DNA of 60,309 nucleotides, filler included, from Dirinaria sp. TL-2023a (lineage: Eukaryota), in assembly GCA_051941275.1 (NCBI GenBank). It is 4 parts of 4 records of this genome, joined end to end, with 100 filler letters (N's around TTAATTAATTAA, not from the genome) between each part and the next. Parts side by side here need not be neighbours in the genome. Positions count along the whole stretch, not along the records: positions 15,116 to 30,117 come from JAVEBF010000566.1; positions 30,218 to 45,216 come from JAVEBF010000567.1; 2 more parts are not named here. One strand, 5' to 3'. The notes under the pieces are model-generated. The model saw nothing but the letters and a program-made list of their open reading frames with translations, made no database searches and had not been told where the DNA came from. Position numbers and translations under genes: made by a program. This document shows positions 22,221-36,952 of this stretch, piece by piece (position 1 is the stretch's first letter; every line of letters begins with the position of its first letter).

Positions 22221-25127
22221 ATGAAGGCCAGCAACAAGCGACCCCTCCAAGCCCCCAGTAGTCCACAAGACTTTACCTCTCGCAAAGTTGTCAAAGTCGA
22301 GCATGATGGAGACCCTCCCGACTACTCCAGCGATGTACGGAAGAAGATTCAAACCTCCAACCGCACGGGCCAGGCTTGCGACAGATGTCGGGTAGGTATG
22401 CCCTTGACATGCTTGGTCGAGACTAGAGTATGGCTGACCGTGCTCAAGATGCGCAAGATGCGATGCGATGGCCGACCTGATGGCTGCGCTCCCTGTGTCC
22501 AGAACCAGACCCCCTGCAAAACCACCGACCGGATGACAGGTATCGCCAATGAGCGCGGTCATGTTAAGAGGCTTGAGCAGCGCATCAAAAACCTCGAAAA
22601 GCACATACACGGTCTCGAGGACCGTCTGACGTCAGTAGGTGAGGACGTCAAGCCGTTCGATTTGAGCGGCGACGCAGATGTAGCCCCACTGCAATGGCAT
22701 GACCCAAAGGAGCACCAGTCACCCCAAAAATGGGAGATGAGAGACACAGGTCCCGAGCAGTGCGTTCCTTTTCAGGATCCCGCAGTGCTCCACAGTGCAC
22801 CCCACCGTTTGCCGGATTTCAGGAGTGGTTTGGATGGGAACAACTACCTCGGTGTATCCTCAGGCAATTCTTTCATCAGTTCCATACGAGGCACTGCCAT
22901 GAACGTGTTGGGAGCCGAGATAGATCTTGCAGACTATAAATCCTCAGACCTGGATGAGCCCGACCGGCCCATGTTTGGACAAGATTATGCATTGAACAAA
23001 TCGTATCACGCTTTCGTGCGAACAGCCTACAGTGGAGGTTCGAAGGCTCAAGAGGTTGGATTTCCGCCACCAGAAGAGGGTCTTAAGTATTTGCGGTGGT
23101 ACATTCGAATGGTGCACCCTTATACGCCGTTCCTTCATAAGCCCACCTTCATCCGGATGGTAAGTACAGCCTCATCTTTGACTCTACTATGCTGATAGGT
23201 TAGTTCATGAGGATATATGACGAAAATGGCCCATACGAGCGACCTGTTTCCGAAACCGTTATGGTCCATATGCTGTTCGCGATTATGTACTTCCAATGTG
23301 CAGCACGGAACTGCAAAGATGCGAGTGAGAGGTCTAAACATAACGATATTTCCAATAGACACTACCACTATGCTATGAGCTTTTTCCCACAGCTTATGGC
23401 AAATCATACTCTACAGGACGTACAAGCCTTGACCATGATTGCGCTGCACGCACGCAGTTTCCCCAAACCGTGTGCTTGCTGGATGCTACTCACCTCTGCG
23501 TTCAATTTAGCCATTGAACTCGGTCTCCACCGCTCCGCTAAAAGATGGAGCTCATCCGCGCCAAAGAAAAGTATCCTTGAAATTGAAATAAGGAAGCGAA
23601 CGTTTTGGTCAATCTTACTTATGCATACCTCTGTCTGTGGAAAGCTAGGTAGGCCAATGCCTCTACACGAGGAGGATTTTGACGTTGAACTACCCGAACC
23701 TATCGATGATGAATTTCTGACGGAAGATGGCATTGACGTCTCCAGGCAAGGCAAGTGCGACTTCCTCGTCGCAGTAGAGTTGTGTAAAATATTACCGGCG
23801 ATACTCGATTTGTACCGGAGTGTATACAGCATCAGGCGCTCTCCAACCACCTACGTTGAGAATGTTAAACGTCTGGAAAACCGATTCCGGCAATGGCATG
23901 ACCAGTGGCCTCAAGAAATGAAAGTTGGGGATGCGTCGCGAGACGAAGAGGGCCGTGTTCATGCTCAATATCTGAGCATTGCAGGCTTGGAGTGCCGGCT
24001 ATTGTTGCGCCACCCATCATTGTCTCTAACGACCGTTCCTGAGTTTAATGAGGAGAATCTTTCCGTTTGCATGGACATGTCAAGGCAAATTCTGCGCCAC
24101 GTCAAAGTACTTCAAAGATACAAAAGTCTGGACACGAATTGGCAAAGTGGTGCGCTATGTATTCTGGCGATCTCGACGACCTTATTCGGCCACTGGGAGC
24201 GTGCAGACAGCATTACGCCTAGTGAGCTTGAGGATTTACGACAAGATATGAGTGATTGGCTGAGTATCATTGGAGACGTGAGTGAGCTGCTTGGTGAGTG
24301 AATCCCTACTGCGTATTGGGCCCTGGCATTTGCATCAGGCTGACACCGCAGCAGGGTCTGGCAAACGCCTCCAAGAAGCTGTGCATGTCACTGTCGAGAA
24401 GACGCTACATTCACTTGAGCAGCATGTTACTTCGAAATCAGGCTCATTTGCCCTTCTCTCCACTAAGAGCACGGTCACCTCGAAAGGGACTTCGATCGGA
24501 CCGCCTACTCATCACGGAGCTTATGGGCAGCAAAGTGCGCACCTACATTACTCAGACCAAACCGTCAGTGCAAGCGATGGTGCCCAGGAAACAAAACCTC
24601 AGAATGCGTACCAGTCGGCTGAGGGCTCCAACACTGTGACTCAACCTGCAATGCAGTACACACCCTCGACACCGTATCCGTTCCTTGGATCAGCTTCATC
24701 ATATGCAAGTACGTCCGACACTTATGTCCCGACAGCGTATACTCCCGGTCAGCCGTTGCCATCGAACTCACAACAGGCCACTCCTGCCGCTGCCAACGCT
24801 TACCTCTGCAACTCTTCGTCGCCTTCGCATTCTAGCTACGACGCAGGCATCAGCATGGGTTACAACACTGGCCCAGGATTGTCTTGGCGCGAATGGGCAG
24901 GTCACATGGCAGCTTATACTGGCCATCTGCTCAACCAGCCCCAACAACACCCAGAATACCTCAACTCAGCGACGGGGCTGATGCAGCTCGGGGGAAGGAA
25001 TGATCAGGGGGACGACGTGAATGCGCCAGCTGCAGCAGATCTTGGTGCGATGAATGGATCAACGGCGCATCATTGGCCGATGATGATATTCGATGATAGC
25101 CACCCGGGGGCTTTGGATAGTGGATAA
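22221..25127 (+). CDS. Zn(II)2Cys6 transcription factor with fungal TF middle homology region (Cat8/Acu-15-related family)
   Basis: RTGQACDRCR/MRKMRCDGRPDGCAPCVQNQTPC; AIELGLHR...EIRKRTFWS...GKLGRP. Introns at about 22392-22449, 23160-23203 and 24294-24353. Confidence 0.92.
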
Positions 25128-26724
25128 GGGTGCTATATGATGATGGCTTGAGGGAAACAGGATTTGTCGGATGACATCTGGGATCAGTGAGCACACACCA
25201 GCACTACATAGTTTCAAAGGACGACTTCAGCATAAGTGGGACGAATGATGGACTGCTGTATAACAGCTATCAGGCATTTATTCAAAGGAGAACTTTCTAG
25301 TATAATCTGAAACACTGTCAGAAGCGGTCTGTGAGGATAGAAGTGTCCCCAGGACTTTCTGATAGATTGACGCTCGTCACGTTACCATACCATACCATAC
25401 ACATCGATGTCACCGCATCTATCGAACATTTGGAGTGATCCTTGACGTTCACTAGGACCATCTATTGAACTCTTTTTTTTTTCCTTCGTTTGCAATATCT
25501 TGTGGTTCTCCAGCAATGGACACGGATGGAGGCTCATCAACCAGAAGCTCGGACACACCACTGTGCAGTAGTATCCTGGATCCCGCTAATGTCCGTCCCA
25601 CACCCAAATATCGAGGATGCTTTCTCTTATATAGTGTGATTTCATTCTCCGAGAAATCTACAGGTATCTGTACAATAATAATGGTTTTCGTACCCTCCCA
25701 GCATTTATTAGAGGGGAGCAGACATGCTCACATCCAATCCAATAAAAATGACGATAATAATAATAATACCTAATCTGCCTGGGTCAACGACTCAACCGTT
25801 GCCTTCCAACCGAACAAGGGCTCTAAGGGTGGCGGGCGGACGTTGCTCTAATGTTTCATGCAACGCATCTCATACGTTATCTAACCGAATCCCGCCGTCG
25901 CATCGAACCTTCTTCCATGTCATTTTATTCCCTACAGACTTTAGTACCTTCCCAGCTTACCTGACCCTACATGCACTCAAATAATAATTAGACTAACATA
26001 CCTGACTACCTTACCTACATACATTACTCACACTTACCTTACCCATTATAGTATCCTGGACTCCTGCCCCAAACAGCCATGCACATGCGGACGTGAAACC
26101 GACACCCAGAATTCGCGGCCCTGACTGGTCTACTGCCACCCTCCACTCCCTCCCTTACGTCTTCTACCGCATGGGCCTGCCCTTCGATGCAGCTCAAGCC
26201 GTGCTAAGCCTCCTCGCTCTGAGAAAAATATTGCTGATTGTCTGCTCACTCAGTCGCGCGCCTGCAAACGCGGCCACTATATCCCCCCCCACCCGACTTT
26301 CACACGATCCATGACCCGTGCTACCACCTGGAAAATTCTGCGAAGAGACGCAAGTTCGCAGATTCCAAGCCACGGGTAAAAAAGCCGCTCTTGCGATCTT
26401 TGACACCGAGCTTGTCCGATATCAGATCAAACGTGCGAGCGGCGCCCGACCATCCTGCAAACTCCACTCTCGATTATTTCTGATTAGATCCTCGAATCTC
26501 GACGGAGAGACGGTGCTCAGACCGTATACTGGTAGGAGCTGATCCGAACGGGAAAGAAGCGAACGCCGGCCTTGAGACGCATTCGGCACTGCACGCCAAC
26601 CAAGCAAACTTGACCGCACACCCGTGGCCAAAAGACATGCGCCCGCGAGAAGGCTTTTGCTTCTAGCCTGCCTTGATCTGGTTCATACATACATCATAGA
26701 CTGTACACGCTTGCCATAAAAACT

Positions 26725-29715
26725 ATGCGGCGACATCGGGGAAGCGCTGGAGGCACGACCTTTGCCAGTAGAGCGAACGCGCCTCCATTGCACGATAACC
26801 TGTCCATGTTCCGGACCTTTAATTCTGAAAACAACCCTTCGAGACCCATACGACCCTCTCCTCTGGCGGCGTCAACGATACATGGCATGCCCCTTGATAT
26901 GCTCGATCGCATTCGCACCTTCCCTCTCTTTCAATCGGCGCCTGAATCATTCCTTGCGGCCATCGGCAGGCATCTAAGGCCCCAAATCCATGCGCCCCGC
27001 GACTACATCGTGACTGAAGGTGATGACGCTAAAGCGATGTACTGGTTAGTTCGCGGCGTAGTGGCGGTCGTGTCAAGAGATGGAGAAAGCACATACGCCG
27101 AGCTTCAGCCTGGAGCTTTCTTTGGTGAGATTGGCATCCTAATGCAAATACCAAGGACTGCGACGATTCTGGCGCGCACAAAATGCATGCTTGTGGTTCT
27201 GAAGAAAGAGGATCTCGTGAAAGAGCTGCCAAAATTCCCGGACGTTGAACGTACCATACGAGATGAGGCTTCCGAAAGACTGTCAATCTTGAGGCGAAAG
27301 AAAAGGGAGAGCTGTGCATCCACGCAACCTTTGTCCCCTCCGCCATCAGCAGGCCGTGGAGGTAAAAGAGCTAGGGATGGAGACGCCGGTGATATAGTCA
27401 TGGCAGATAGCCACAACATCCCGTTCACAAACGGCGCTTCGTTGAGTAAGAAGCGGAAGTCACCCTCTCCAGGATTGGTCGAAGCAGCCAGCTCGAGCGC
27501 CCTCGGTCATGGTCTTGTCAATGTCAGACAGTTACTACGGGAGCTACCGCTTTTCGCAGAACTCCCGCCTGATATTCTGCACTTCCTGGGGCTGAGTGCA
27601 CAGCCTTGCAATTACCCTCCATTCACGGAGATCATCAAGCAGGACTCGCAAGGTAGAGAGGTGTACTTTATAGTGCGCGGTGAAGTAGAAGTTATCGATA
27701 CCAAAGCGGCGGATCCAAGCATGTCTCAGTTACGCAACGGCGCCCGAAGAAACAATGTGAAACACCAGCCGCAGGTGAAGGCTCGTCTGAAGCAAGGCCA
27801 ATACTTCGGCGAAGTCGTCAGCTTATCACTAGCTCCTCGTAGAACCGCTACTGTGCGATCTATTACCTCCGTTGAATGTTTGATGATAGGGGGGGATGTT
27901 CTGTCTAAGTTCTGGGAAAAACTGCCTCCAGCAGTTAGGAAGCAGGTCGAGAAGACGGCAAAACAACGGCTTCAGTCTAGGTCGACTGAAGATGTCGAGA
28001 TGACCGATGTGACCGATACTCCGCCTATCGGCAAGCTTGCTATCGTGGAGCGACCTACAAAGTCGACAAGGAAAAAGTCAGCACCCAAAGTAACTTTTAC
28101 AAAGCCGAATTATGGGAAAGAAGAGTCGACGCATAAGCCTAAAGGAATCGAGGACCGTTCTATCATACAGCCAGTAGATCCCGATCCATACTTGAATGTT
28201 GACCTAGACAACATCCGTTCGAGATCACGCCGCTCGTCTCTCGCCCCTGCTCCTCCCGACGGTGCGAACATCAGTGGGTCTGAATCTCAAGATCGGAAAA
28301 TCTCTCCAGTTGGTTTAAGAGCCAGTAACGCAGTACCTTCCCTCGCCAGTCAAGATAGCACCCCCTCTGATACTGAATCGCGCCCCAAACGCCCAAAATC
28401 CTTTCATCGCCAGCATGAAAAATCCGATGCTAGCCAGCTTCCAGATAGCGTACTCATCTCCATCTTTAACCACCTGGATCTTCATCATCTTATGCGCCTC
28501 CGCCTCATCTCTACCCATTGGTCCAAGCTACTCCGCGAAACGTCGTCTCTTTTCACCCACCTGAACCTCTCCAAATACAACCGCCTTATAACGGACGCAG
28601 TCCTCATAGACTCTATCTGCCCTTTTGTCAGCGCTCGTCCCAGGACGATCGACATATCTAATTGCTTCCACATTACTGACGAAGGTTTCGCCACTCTAGC
28701 CACAGCCTGCGGCGCCAACGTTACAACCTGGAAAATGAAGTCTGTATGGGACATCACCGCACAAGCCGTGCTCGAGATGGCCAATCGCGCGAAACACCTG
28801 GAGGAGGTCGACCTCAGCAATTGCCGCAAAGTCAGCGACAACCTGCTGGCCCGTGTCGTGGGATGGGTAGTACAGGGCTCTCCGACCGCAGCCACGCAAC
28901 AACAACATGGTCGCGCTGCCGCGGCGCGCTCCGTCGGCGCCCCTGTCCCGCCGCCTCAGGCTGCACCTGGGACGGTGTACGGGTGCCCCAAGTTGAAGAA
29001 ACTGACGTTGAGTTACTGCAAGCATGTCACAGATCGGAGCATGGCGCACATGGCGTACCATGCCGCTGCGAGGCTGGAGCAGGTCGATCTGACCCGGTGC
29101 ACGAGCATTACCGATCAAGGGTTTCAGCACTGGGGACAATTCCGATTTGAGCGGTTAACGAAGCTGTGTTTGGCCGATTGCACGTATCTGACGGATAATG
29201 CGATCATCTATCTGGCGAATGCGGCCAAGGGGTTGAAGGATTTGGATCTGGTAGGTTCTCCAACCTTTCATTGCCATTTCTTAAGAAAGAAAGAAAGCCG
29301 GTTTTTTGGCGGGTCCACGATTTTCACATCTTCACGGTCCCACCACATTCGCTAACCATTTTTTGTCTCTCGTATCTTCAAAAAGTCGTTCTGCTGCGCC
29401 CTCTCCGACACCTCGACCGAAGTCCTCTCCCTCGGCTGCCCCTCCCTCACGCACCTGAACCTCTCCTTCTGCGGCAGCGCCGTCTCCGACCAGTCCCTCC
29501 GCTCCATCGGCCTGCACCTGCTCGACCTGCAAGAGCTGTCCGTGCGCGGCTGCGTCCGGGTCACGGGCACGGGCGTCGAGAGCATCGTCGACGGCTGCGT
29601 CCGGCTGAACAAGTTCGATGTCAGCCAGTGCCGGAACTTGGGGCCGTGGTTGGATGGTGGAGGCATTGAGCGGTGGGGGAGGGTTAAGTTCGTCAGTGTT
29701 GCCGGGGGGAAGTAA
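26725..29715 (+). CDS. Cyclic-nucleotide-binding-domain F-box/LRR protein
   Basis: Two cNMP domains (FFGEIGILMQIPRTATI, YFGEVVSLSLAPRRTATV), an F-box (LPDSVLISIFNHLD..LMRLRLISTHW) and Cys-containing LRRs. Intron 29251-29385. Confidence 0.92.
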
Positions 29716-30117
29716 AAGAGAAAGGGCGAGTTGGGTACCGTGGGAGAGGAGGATTGAGTTGGGTCGGTCTTTGTTTTTGAAGGGGGGCAGGTATAGTGGT
29801 TTGGGGGGGAGATTTTGGGATGCATAGCCAGGATTTTTTTTTTTTTTTGGGAATGTTGCTTTGGATATACTTGCCTAGCATTTTTGCACAGCCAGCTAGC
29901 CGAGAGAGCCAGATAGACAGCACAGCTTTAGCTTTAGCTTCAGCTTCCCATGTTCCATGTATAACCTTACAAAACAAGAAAGAAGAACGTTGGTTCCCTT
30001 GGACAATTTTCCCTCTCTCTCCGTCAAAGCCAGAAATAAGCATCCAATACTATGCCGTTGAAAGTATTCCGTTCCATCTATGGAGGTATGTATGTATGTA
30101 TGTACATGGCTCTTATT

Positions 30118-30217
30118 NNNNNNNNNNNNNNNNNNNNNNNNNNNNNNNNNNNNNNNNNNNNTTAATTAATTAANNNNNNNNNNNNNNNNNNNNNNNNNNN
30201 NNNNNNNNNNNNNNNNN
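30118..30217. other. Artificial contig linker
   Basis: N44-TTAATTAATTAA-N44. Confidence 0.97.
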
Positions 30218-30287
30218 ATCCTCCCCCTTTTTTTTTCCCCGCCACCCTAAGCCTAGCCTTCTCTTATTTTAAAAAAAGAGTTTACCT

Positions 30288-33227
30288 TTATAAAGTGACA
30301 TGGCCCGGACTAGGCGGCACCGGGCCCGTATCCCAGCTCGTTGGCCCGCTCCCCAGTACGAAGTTGATGGTGCCCCCGTTCGCGATATCGCTGTGGCTGA
30401 TCCAGCTCTGGTGCCACGGTTGCCCGTTGACCGTCACGCTCTGGACGTAGTAGCTTTCGTCGCTGAGGTTTTGGGCTGTGATGCGCAGGGTTGCGTTGCC
30501 GTCGCCGACCTAGATTACGTACACGAGCTATGGGTCAGTATATAGAACTCGCTGAGCATGGTTCCAAAACCGGGTAAAAAGGGGGGAGATTTGTTAGTTT
30601 CAGGTTAGCGTGATGCTAAACTTACGCTGATACTAAGGTCTGAGAACCATGGGCTTAAGAGAAGATAAATAGGTTGCGTGACCACCGGCCACAGGCCCAT
30701 GAAATTCCATATCAGCCACGACTCGATGGCGCCGGCATCGCTGTTTCCCGGAAGACCCGAGGGCCCGGTGTTGTAATATTGGTCGATGATCTGGCGCGAG
30801 CGGAGCACGGATTTGAATTGTCGGCCTGGGAGGTAGTTGTAGAGGAAGGGGGTTTGGAACGAGGGTTCATTGCCTAAGGCAAGGTTAGCTGGAGTTCTGC
30901 AAGCCCTGAGAGTGCGCTCAAGATGGGATTTGGTCGTCGTACCGGGATTGAACAAGGTATTGCCTACACCGTTGCCGCCACGGGTACTTGCTATTAAGCC
31001 CGGAATGAACATGGTGTCGAGGCGAGCTTCGGTGCTTTGGGGGCCGCCCATAAAGGAGATCAGTGTCTCCATATCGTACGGGACTGTCCATTGGTATTCT
31101 ATAGTCGTTAAAAGAGTTTTAATACTGGAGGATAATGTGCGCACCCCATGGAATTGCTTCATAAGATACTGCCATCCATTCACATTCCTCACAGGTTGTG
31201 GGATCGTAACTAGAGTTCCTTGTACCGTTCGCCCATCGGGGAGCGGGAAAGCCTGTGAAGTTGTAGCTGGTCAATTCATGATCCCACAGATATTGCCATC
31301 CGCTGGTATTCGTCAATTTCTTCCTACAGATACTTTCATAAGCATGCTCACGCTGATCTGTTCAGATACTTTTGGTAGTCGGCAGGATAAAGGACCTTTG
31401 CGACCTGGCTTAGCGAGAAGTCGTTCAAGCCGTACTCTACAGTCCGGCTTATGGCCCGAGTTGAGTTCGGAGTCAGAAACCCGTATTGGAGCCAGTCGGG
31501 AAGCGCTCCTCGCCCTTCCTTTGTACTGCCTGTCTGATCTACCGGATCGTAAGTGTTAGGCGGTACGACCTCAGCATCGGTCTTCATCGCAGCGTACGCG
31601 TCGGTATAGTCGATACCGTGCTGTAGACCCTTGACGAAGGCGTCCGCAAGTACATTATCGGCATTACTACCGCCCTGAGTTCGACCATTGTAGTTTGAGC
31701 TCCGACAGTCTGGCATAAAACGTTCATGTCTCCAGATGTCGATCAGACCCCTGATCATACCTGCAGCACGGGATGGATCGATAAGCAGGTAGAAGCTGTT
31801 CAAACAGCGAAAAGTATCCCATAAGCAGTAGTAATCGTCGTAATATGGCTCACTGGACGCCCAATATGGGTTCTCGCCCGTCCGATCGGACGGTAGAAGA
31901 TGAGATTTATACAATGAGCTATAGAGCATCTCGAGTCTTGTATTGTTGCTATGGTCGGTCGTGGTAATCTTACTTAATACTGTCGCCGTCCATTCTTGCT
32001 GTGCTGCGGTAACAGTATCGTTAAGGCTCCAAGAGGTTATCTCATTATCAGCGTACCGGCAAGCATTGTCAACCGAGACCCAGGACACGCCTACTTTAGA
32101 AGTGACCACGGTGGCATCGGAACCAAACTGAAACAAAGAGCCGACCCTGTCTGCGAGACTGAACCCCATATTACCTCCAGTGATCGAAGTCGCATTAGTA
32201 AATGTCGGGGTGGCTTTGGGATACGGATATGTTGAATTCGGCCAGTATGGATCTGTGTACGGTCCGGAGAACAATTGCGCACTGCTTGGAGTGGTATCGA
32301 AAGATCCGCAGAAGTATACCTGCCAGTTGGGGCCTAGAAAAACATCTCGTATCAATACTTGTCGATACCAGCTACTCAAGGCTGGTGTACCGTTGATGTC
32401 TTGGTTCCATCCGCCAGTCCAAACACCATATCCCGAATATTTGCGACCATCAGCAGATATATCGATGTGGCCATTGCTGTAATACTGGCCGTGCTCCGGG
32501 TCGCCGTTGGTAGGCAGATAGTGAGATACGTCGATCAACACGTATCTTCCGCCCGACGAAGGAAACGTATACTGAATGATACCTGCATGCCGGGTTGCGG
32601 AGATCTCCGCTATGGCCCCGTTTTGGAGATGCGTTTTGTAATAACCCACCGACGCTGAGTCATCGCCAACCCTTGGCTGAGAATAACTTGTATTGTCCAG
32701 AACGTTGACGCCATCTAGAGTTGTCAGAGGCATCTGCGATACCACTCCGTATTTTGGAGCTCCTCCAGTACCACTCTCATGGAGGAAGCTGATGGCAGTA
32801 ACGTTTCCATCTGGCGAGTATCCACCATTTAAGTCAATACTTGAATTGAACTCGGTAGTATCTATTCCAACTTTGACGACGCCAAAGGGTAAAGACGCGC
32901 CTGGAAACACATTTCCTCTTTGGTTGTCCACAGAGAGTCAGCTTTGCTGGCTTGTTTGGATGTTTCGAAACAAATCTGAGAGCAATATGAAAAAGGAATC
33001 TGGTCTAAGACTACTCTGGACACCCAAGTAGAGGACGAACAGATGCATCGACTTCGCACAAGCAGAGGTTTAGCCTACCCGTTGTAAGATGTCCCCGGCA
33101 CTGTACCCTGCGTTCCAATGAACGGATTCACGTAATCAACAAGATTTGTTCCTTTGGATGTTTGACTCTGGGCGAAGACTAGGCCTAGAGCAGTCACCGA
33201 AAACTTTCCCCTTATGAGAAGCATCAT
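30288..33227 (-). CDS. Secreted GH92 alpha-1,2-mannosidase-like glycoside hydrolase
   Basis: Signal peptide, then YVNPFIGT, GNVFPGASLPFG, HESGTGGAPKYG, GRTQGGSNAD, SRTVEY..NDF, GNEPSF and GLPGNSDAGA..SW. Multi-exon. Confidence 0.93.
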
Positions 33228-34099
33228 AAGCAGAAATCACTATGATCATCAAGAGATAGAGTCTCAAACCTCTACATGGGCATTATCTGGGAGCGCAGGT
33301 CTCTTGTAAGCTGCTGGGTTGGGTTGAAAATAGATAGGTATGACCTCCCGGGGGAGTCACTGCGGTCATGCAACCTCCAGACTGTGCATTCAATCTGCCG
33401 CCAATGAGCATCACCACGATGCAGTCCGGAGACATATGTTAAGGTTCGAGCTCAGCAGTTGATGCAAGGTCCCGGGCGGGGAGAAGCCGCATCGAGCGGG
33501 GTCAACGCATGAAATCCACATGACGCTTTTGCACACAGGTTCCAGCGCCATGAAAGGAAGGTCGAACTCTTCCCAAGCAACGTATCCGAGACACTTTCCA
33601 GCAGGTCCTTGTTCGTCCGGAGGTCGCACTAAGAGCTTGATCTAAGCCTACAAGTGGCCTTGGTGAGACATCTCAGTTGAAAAGGTCAGGTATCCCAGCT
33701 CTCTGTGTTCGCAATTCTCCTCGACATTCCATGGAGAATCCATATCTTGGCTTCTTAAATGGATAGTACGCCATCTACTATCCATTCCCTTTAGACACTT
33801 GGGACCTTCTGTAGCCAAAAGACAGGTATCACGATTGAAAAAGGTGAAGATAGTGGATGCTGACATGGCATGTGAGCGTCCGATAGCAGTATGGTATGCA
33901 GGAGGATCCGATGCAGATAGCATTCCTCGGTAAGCCCACCCAGCGGTGTCTTGATAGTGCAGTCACATGTGCTTTCATCCTTGCTTTCAAGTGGTTGCTT
34001 TCATATAGCACCTGGACTCGAAAAATTGTCAAGGCTATAGTGCGGTAGATGTTTGCAGTTGATATAGATAGAAAGTGAGCGTACTCTGTCTCATGATGA

Positions 34100-34768
34100 T
34101 CTTATCCAAAATCCTCATACAAACAAATCAACAGCGGTAAAAACCCCACCATCCATCCTCCCAAACTTTGCAATGGCCATGTCCAAAATTCCTCATAGAA
34201 AACAAATCTTCTTCCCAAGTCTCAAGGGACATAAATGAAAATCGCCAGTGTTCCGGAGCCTCAAACAATCCAAGTGTCAATCAAGCCTTTCAAAAAGCCG
34301 TCTCGCCCATTGACAAAGATCTTAAGAACCTTCATCAAGTTAGCGTCGGCGATCATTAATCCGAAACGCTAACCGTCTTCAGCTTTGCTAATAATTCCGT
34401 TCTGCTGCCAGACGCCAAGAATACCAAGACGCCAAGATCTGCATCATCAAACAGTCTTCATTGTGAGTCTTTCGAGAAAACCCTCTGAACCAAAAGCACT
34501 AACGTAGTGAATCTTGTCTCTCTCATCAGTTTTAGACTCTAAGAATCTTCCTCAACTTAGCGTCAGCAGCCGTTATTCCGAAACTCTAACCATCTTCAGC
34601 TTTTACTGATGATTCTGTCGTGAGAAGCAATGAATGCCAAGACGCTAAAACCAGTACAATCACGAGAGATTCTTTAGCTCTTCAAGATCTGTCTCTCGAA
34701 ATACAAAGACTCTTTTTGCAAGAGGAGCATTGTATCTAAGTTACCTAGATATCAAACCCGTGACACTG

Positions 34769-34809
<41 letters not shown>

Positions 34810-34860
34810 TAAACGATCCTCAAAGATTCGCCACAGACTCAATCTCAGAGAACGACTTCT
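34100..34860. repeat. Degenerate tandem duplication (about 217-bp period) of the dispersed repeat family, plus (CT)n microsatellite at about 34773-34802
   Basis: AAGAAYCTTC.TCAA.TTAGCGTC.GC...TCCGAAAC.CTAACC.TCTTCAGCTTT at about 34324 and 34541, followed by AAT(A/G)CCAAGACGC in both copies. Confidence 0.7.
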
Positions 34861-36952
34861 TATGGATCACACTCTCGTGCTAAGATTCAGAGTCTTACGG
34901 TACTTCTTCTTCATGCTTCCTTGTTCAAGAAAGTGGAAGCCCAGCTTGTCAGTCACTATCTGCTATGATATGACTAAGGTAGCTTCTTGCAAAGAATTTC
35001 GATATCAGGATCAAGATGTCTGTCTGACCATACTTCCAACTTTCGACCAAACTTTGGCTAGCTCAGCGTTCCTCTGTACTATGTGAAAGTGGAGCATAGA
35101 AGAGCATTGAGCACATTTCGATCGCAACTTTCTTGAACAAGAATGCTGCAGACCAGTTCTGATCCTACTTCGCTCGAGGTCTCCACCAACATGTCTCCCA
35201 TCCCCCAATACCCAATCCTGTAGATCCACAATCAGAAACTGCATTTCGACACCACATAAACGTGTAGCTACTCGCAAATAGTAATTCATAACCCCTCCCA
35301 TATATCCTCCCAACTCAGAAACTCCTCAACTTTCCCCGCGAGCCATTCCATAAATACCCGCAGCCGCGCTGCAACAGATACTCCTCCGGACGGGAGTTAG
35401 GAAGCTTCTTGCAGGCGACCTGCACCTCTGTAGATCTCAGCACCCATAGCAATCTTCTCTTTTGACTGCCGCCGAGCCCGCGTAGCTGCGCTGCTAGCGC
35501 TTCTTCACACAGCTTTGAGAAGGAAATGTTAATGATACGTATTGAGGGGACCTTGGAAGCTAGATTCCGCTGGACGGCGAGGTTAGATCCGTTGGTAAGA
35601 TACGATCTTGTCGCAAGTTTATCGACTGCGAACAGGTAAAGATGGGCAACTAATCCGGTGGGTTTTTATTGCCTGAAAAGGCGCAATGTTGTTGCTCCCC
35701 GTATACCACATGCGCTCGCCTGTCTCGCTTCCAGACTTCTCGAGAGCAACGTCTACCATCCCTTCTCTTGATACCATATCATCCATCATGATAAAGTGAA
35801 CTATGCGCCGCATTCAGTACTCAACATCACGAATAAACGAACGAGCTCAGGGAAGTGATAGCCGATGATACCACCTCGATACTGCGAGAGGGTCAATCCA
35901 AGCGGAGCAGAGAGGACGATGACTTCCACCTGCAGTCCTGTATATGACAGACAGAGAGCGCAAAAAAGTCAAGTAATATCATGCACGAAGTAGATCTCCT
36001 CCGTATTAACATCTTAAGAACCCACAGATCCAGCGTACGTATCTAGAGAAACCACTCGAGTCAAGTATCCTAGTTAACCATGACACGTACGCCCACACTT
36101 TATCCTTGGAATAAAGCTTGTAGCAGCTACGCCTCGTAGCAGAACCAAGCTCCTGCTTCGAGGCTTCCTGCAGAAAGGAACAATGTACCTTAGCAAGCAC
36201 TCAGTCTTCTCAGGGCCAAATCGTCGAAGTAAACTAGCTAGCGCTATCGCTACTTCCGCCTTACCTTACCTACCTAAGGTACCTTACATAACGCTAAAGA
36301 TAAGTTAATAATGGAAGGAAGGAGGCATCGGAGGATTCTGCTTATTTTACATAAATATATATATAAGGTAAGCCCACAAATGAAAGCAACAAGCGGCGTT
36401 ATTGAAGAAAGGTTTGATGCATGAGGTTATGTACATATATGTACATTTCTGAAAGGAGGGCCACCGGTCAACAAAAACCGGGAACGCTAAAGGTAATGTC
36501 AGCACCAAGTTTTCTTTTTTTAAGTCACGAAGTTGGTGGAGACAGAGAGTATGTAGGGTTGCCAGCAGCTAGGTAAGAGGCTTCCCAGAACCAAAGCGAG
36601 AAAAATAGCGGGATCGTAGGGCTTTCGTATTAAGGTAGTTAAGGTAAGAAGCGAGAAAGAGGATTTTGAGAAAAGCACAAGGGCCGAACTTGTAACTTTC
36701 CTTTATTTTATGATTTTTGAGACACTTCTTCCTTTTCCTGTCAGCGAATGTTCGAGTACATAGTCATGAGGACGGAGGAGTCAGCTCCAGGTTATGTGCA
36801 AAGCAAGTGGGCCTCTCCGAAAACTGTTCCAACGCCAGGCTCGTGAGAAAAAAACAGCAGGCCGCTAGAACTGCAACAATCCGAATATCGAGTACAAAGC
36901 GCCTTTTTTTGGGCCAGGGCCTTTACGCTTATCAGTCCCCCCCACTCATCTT

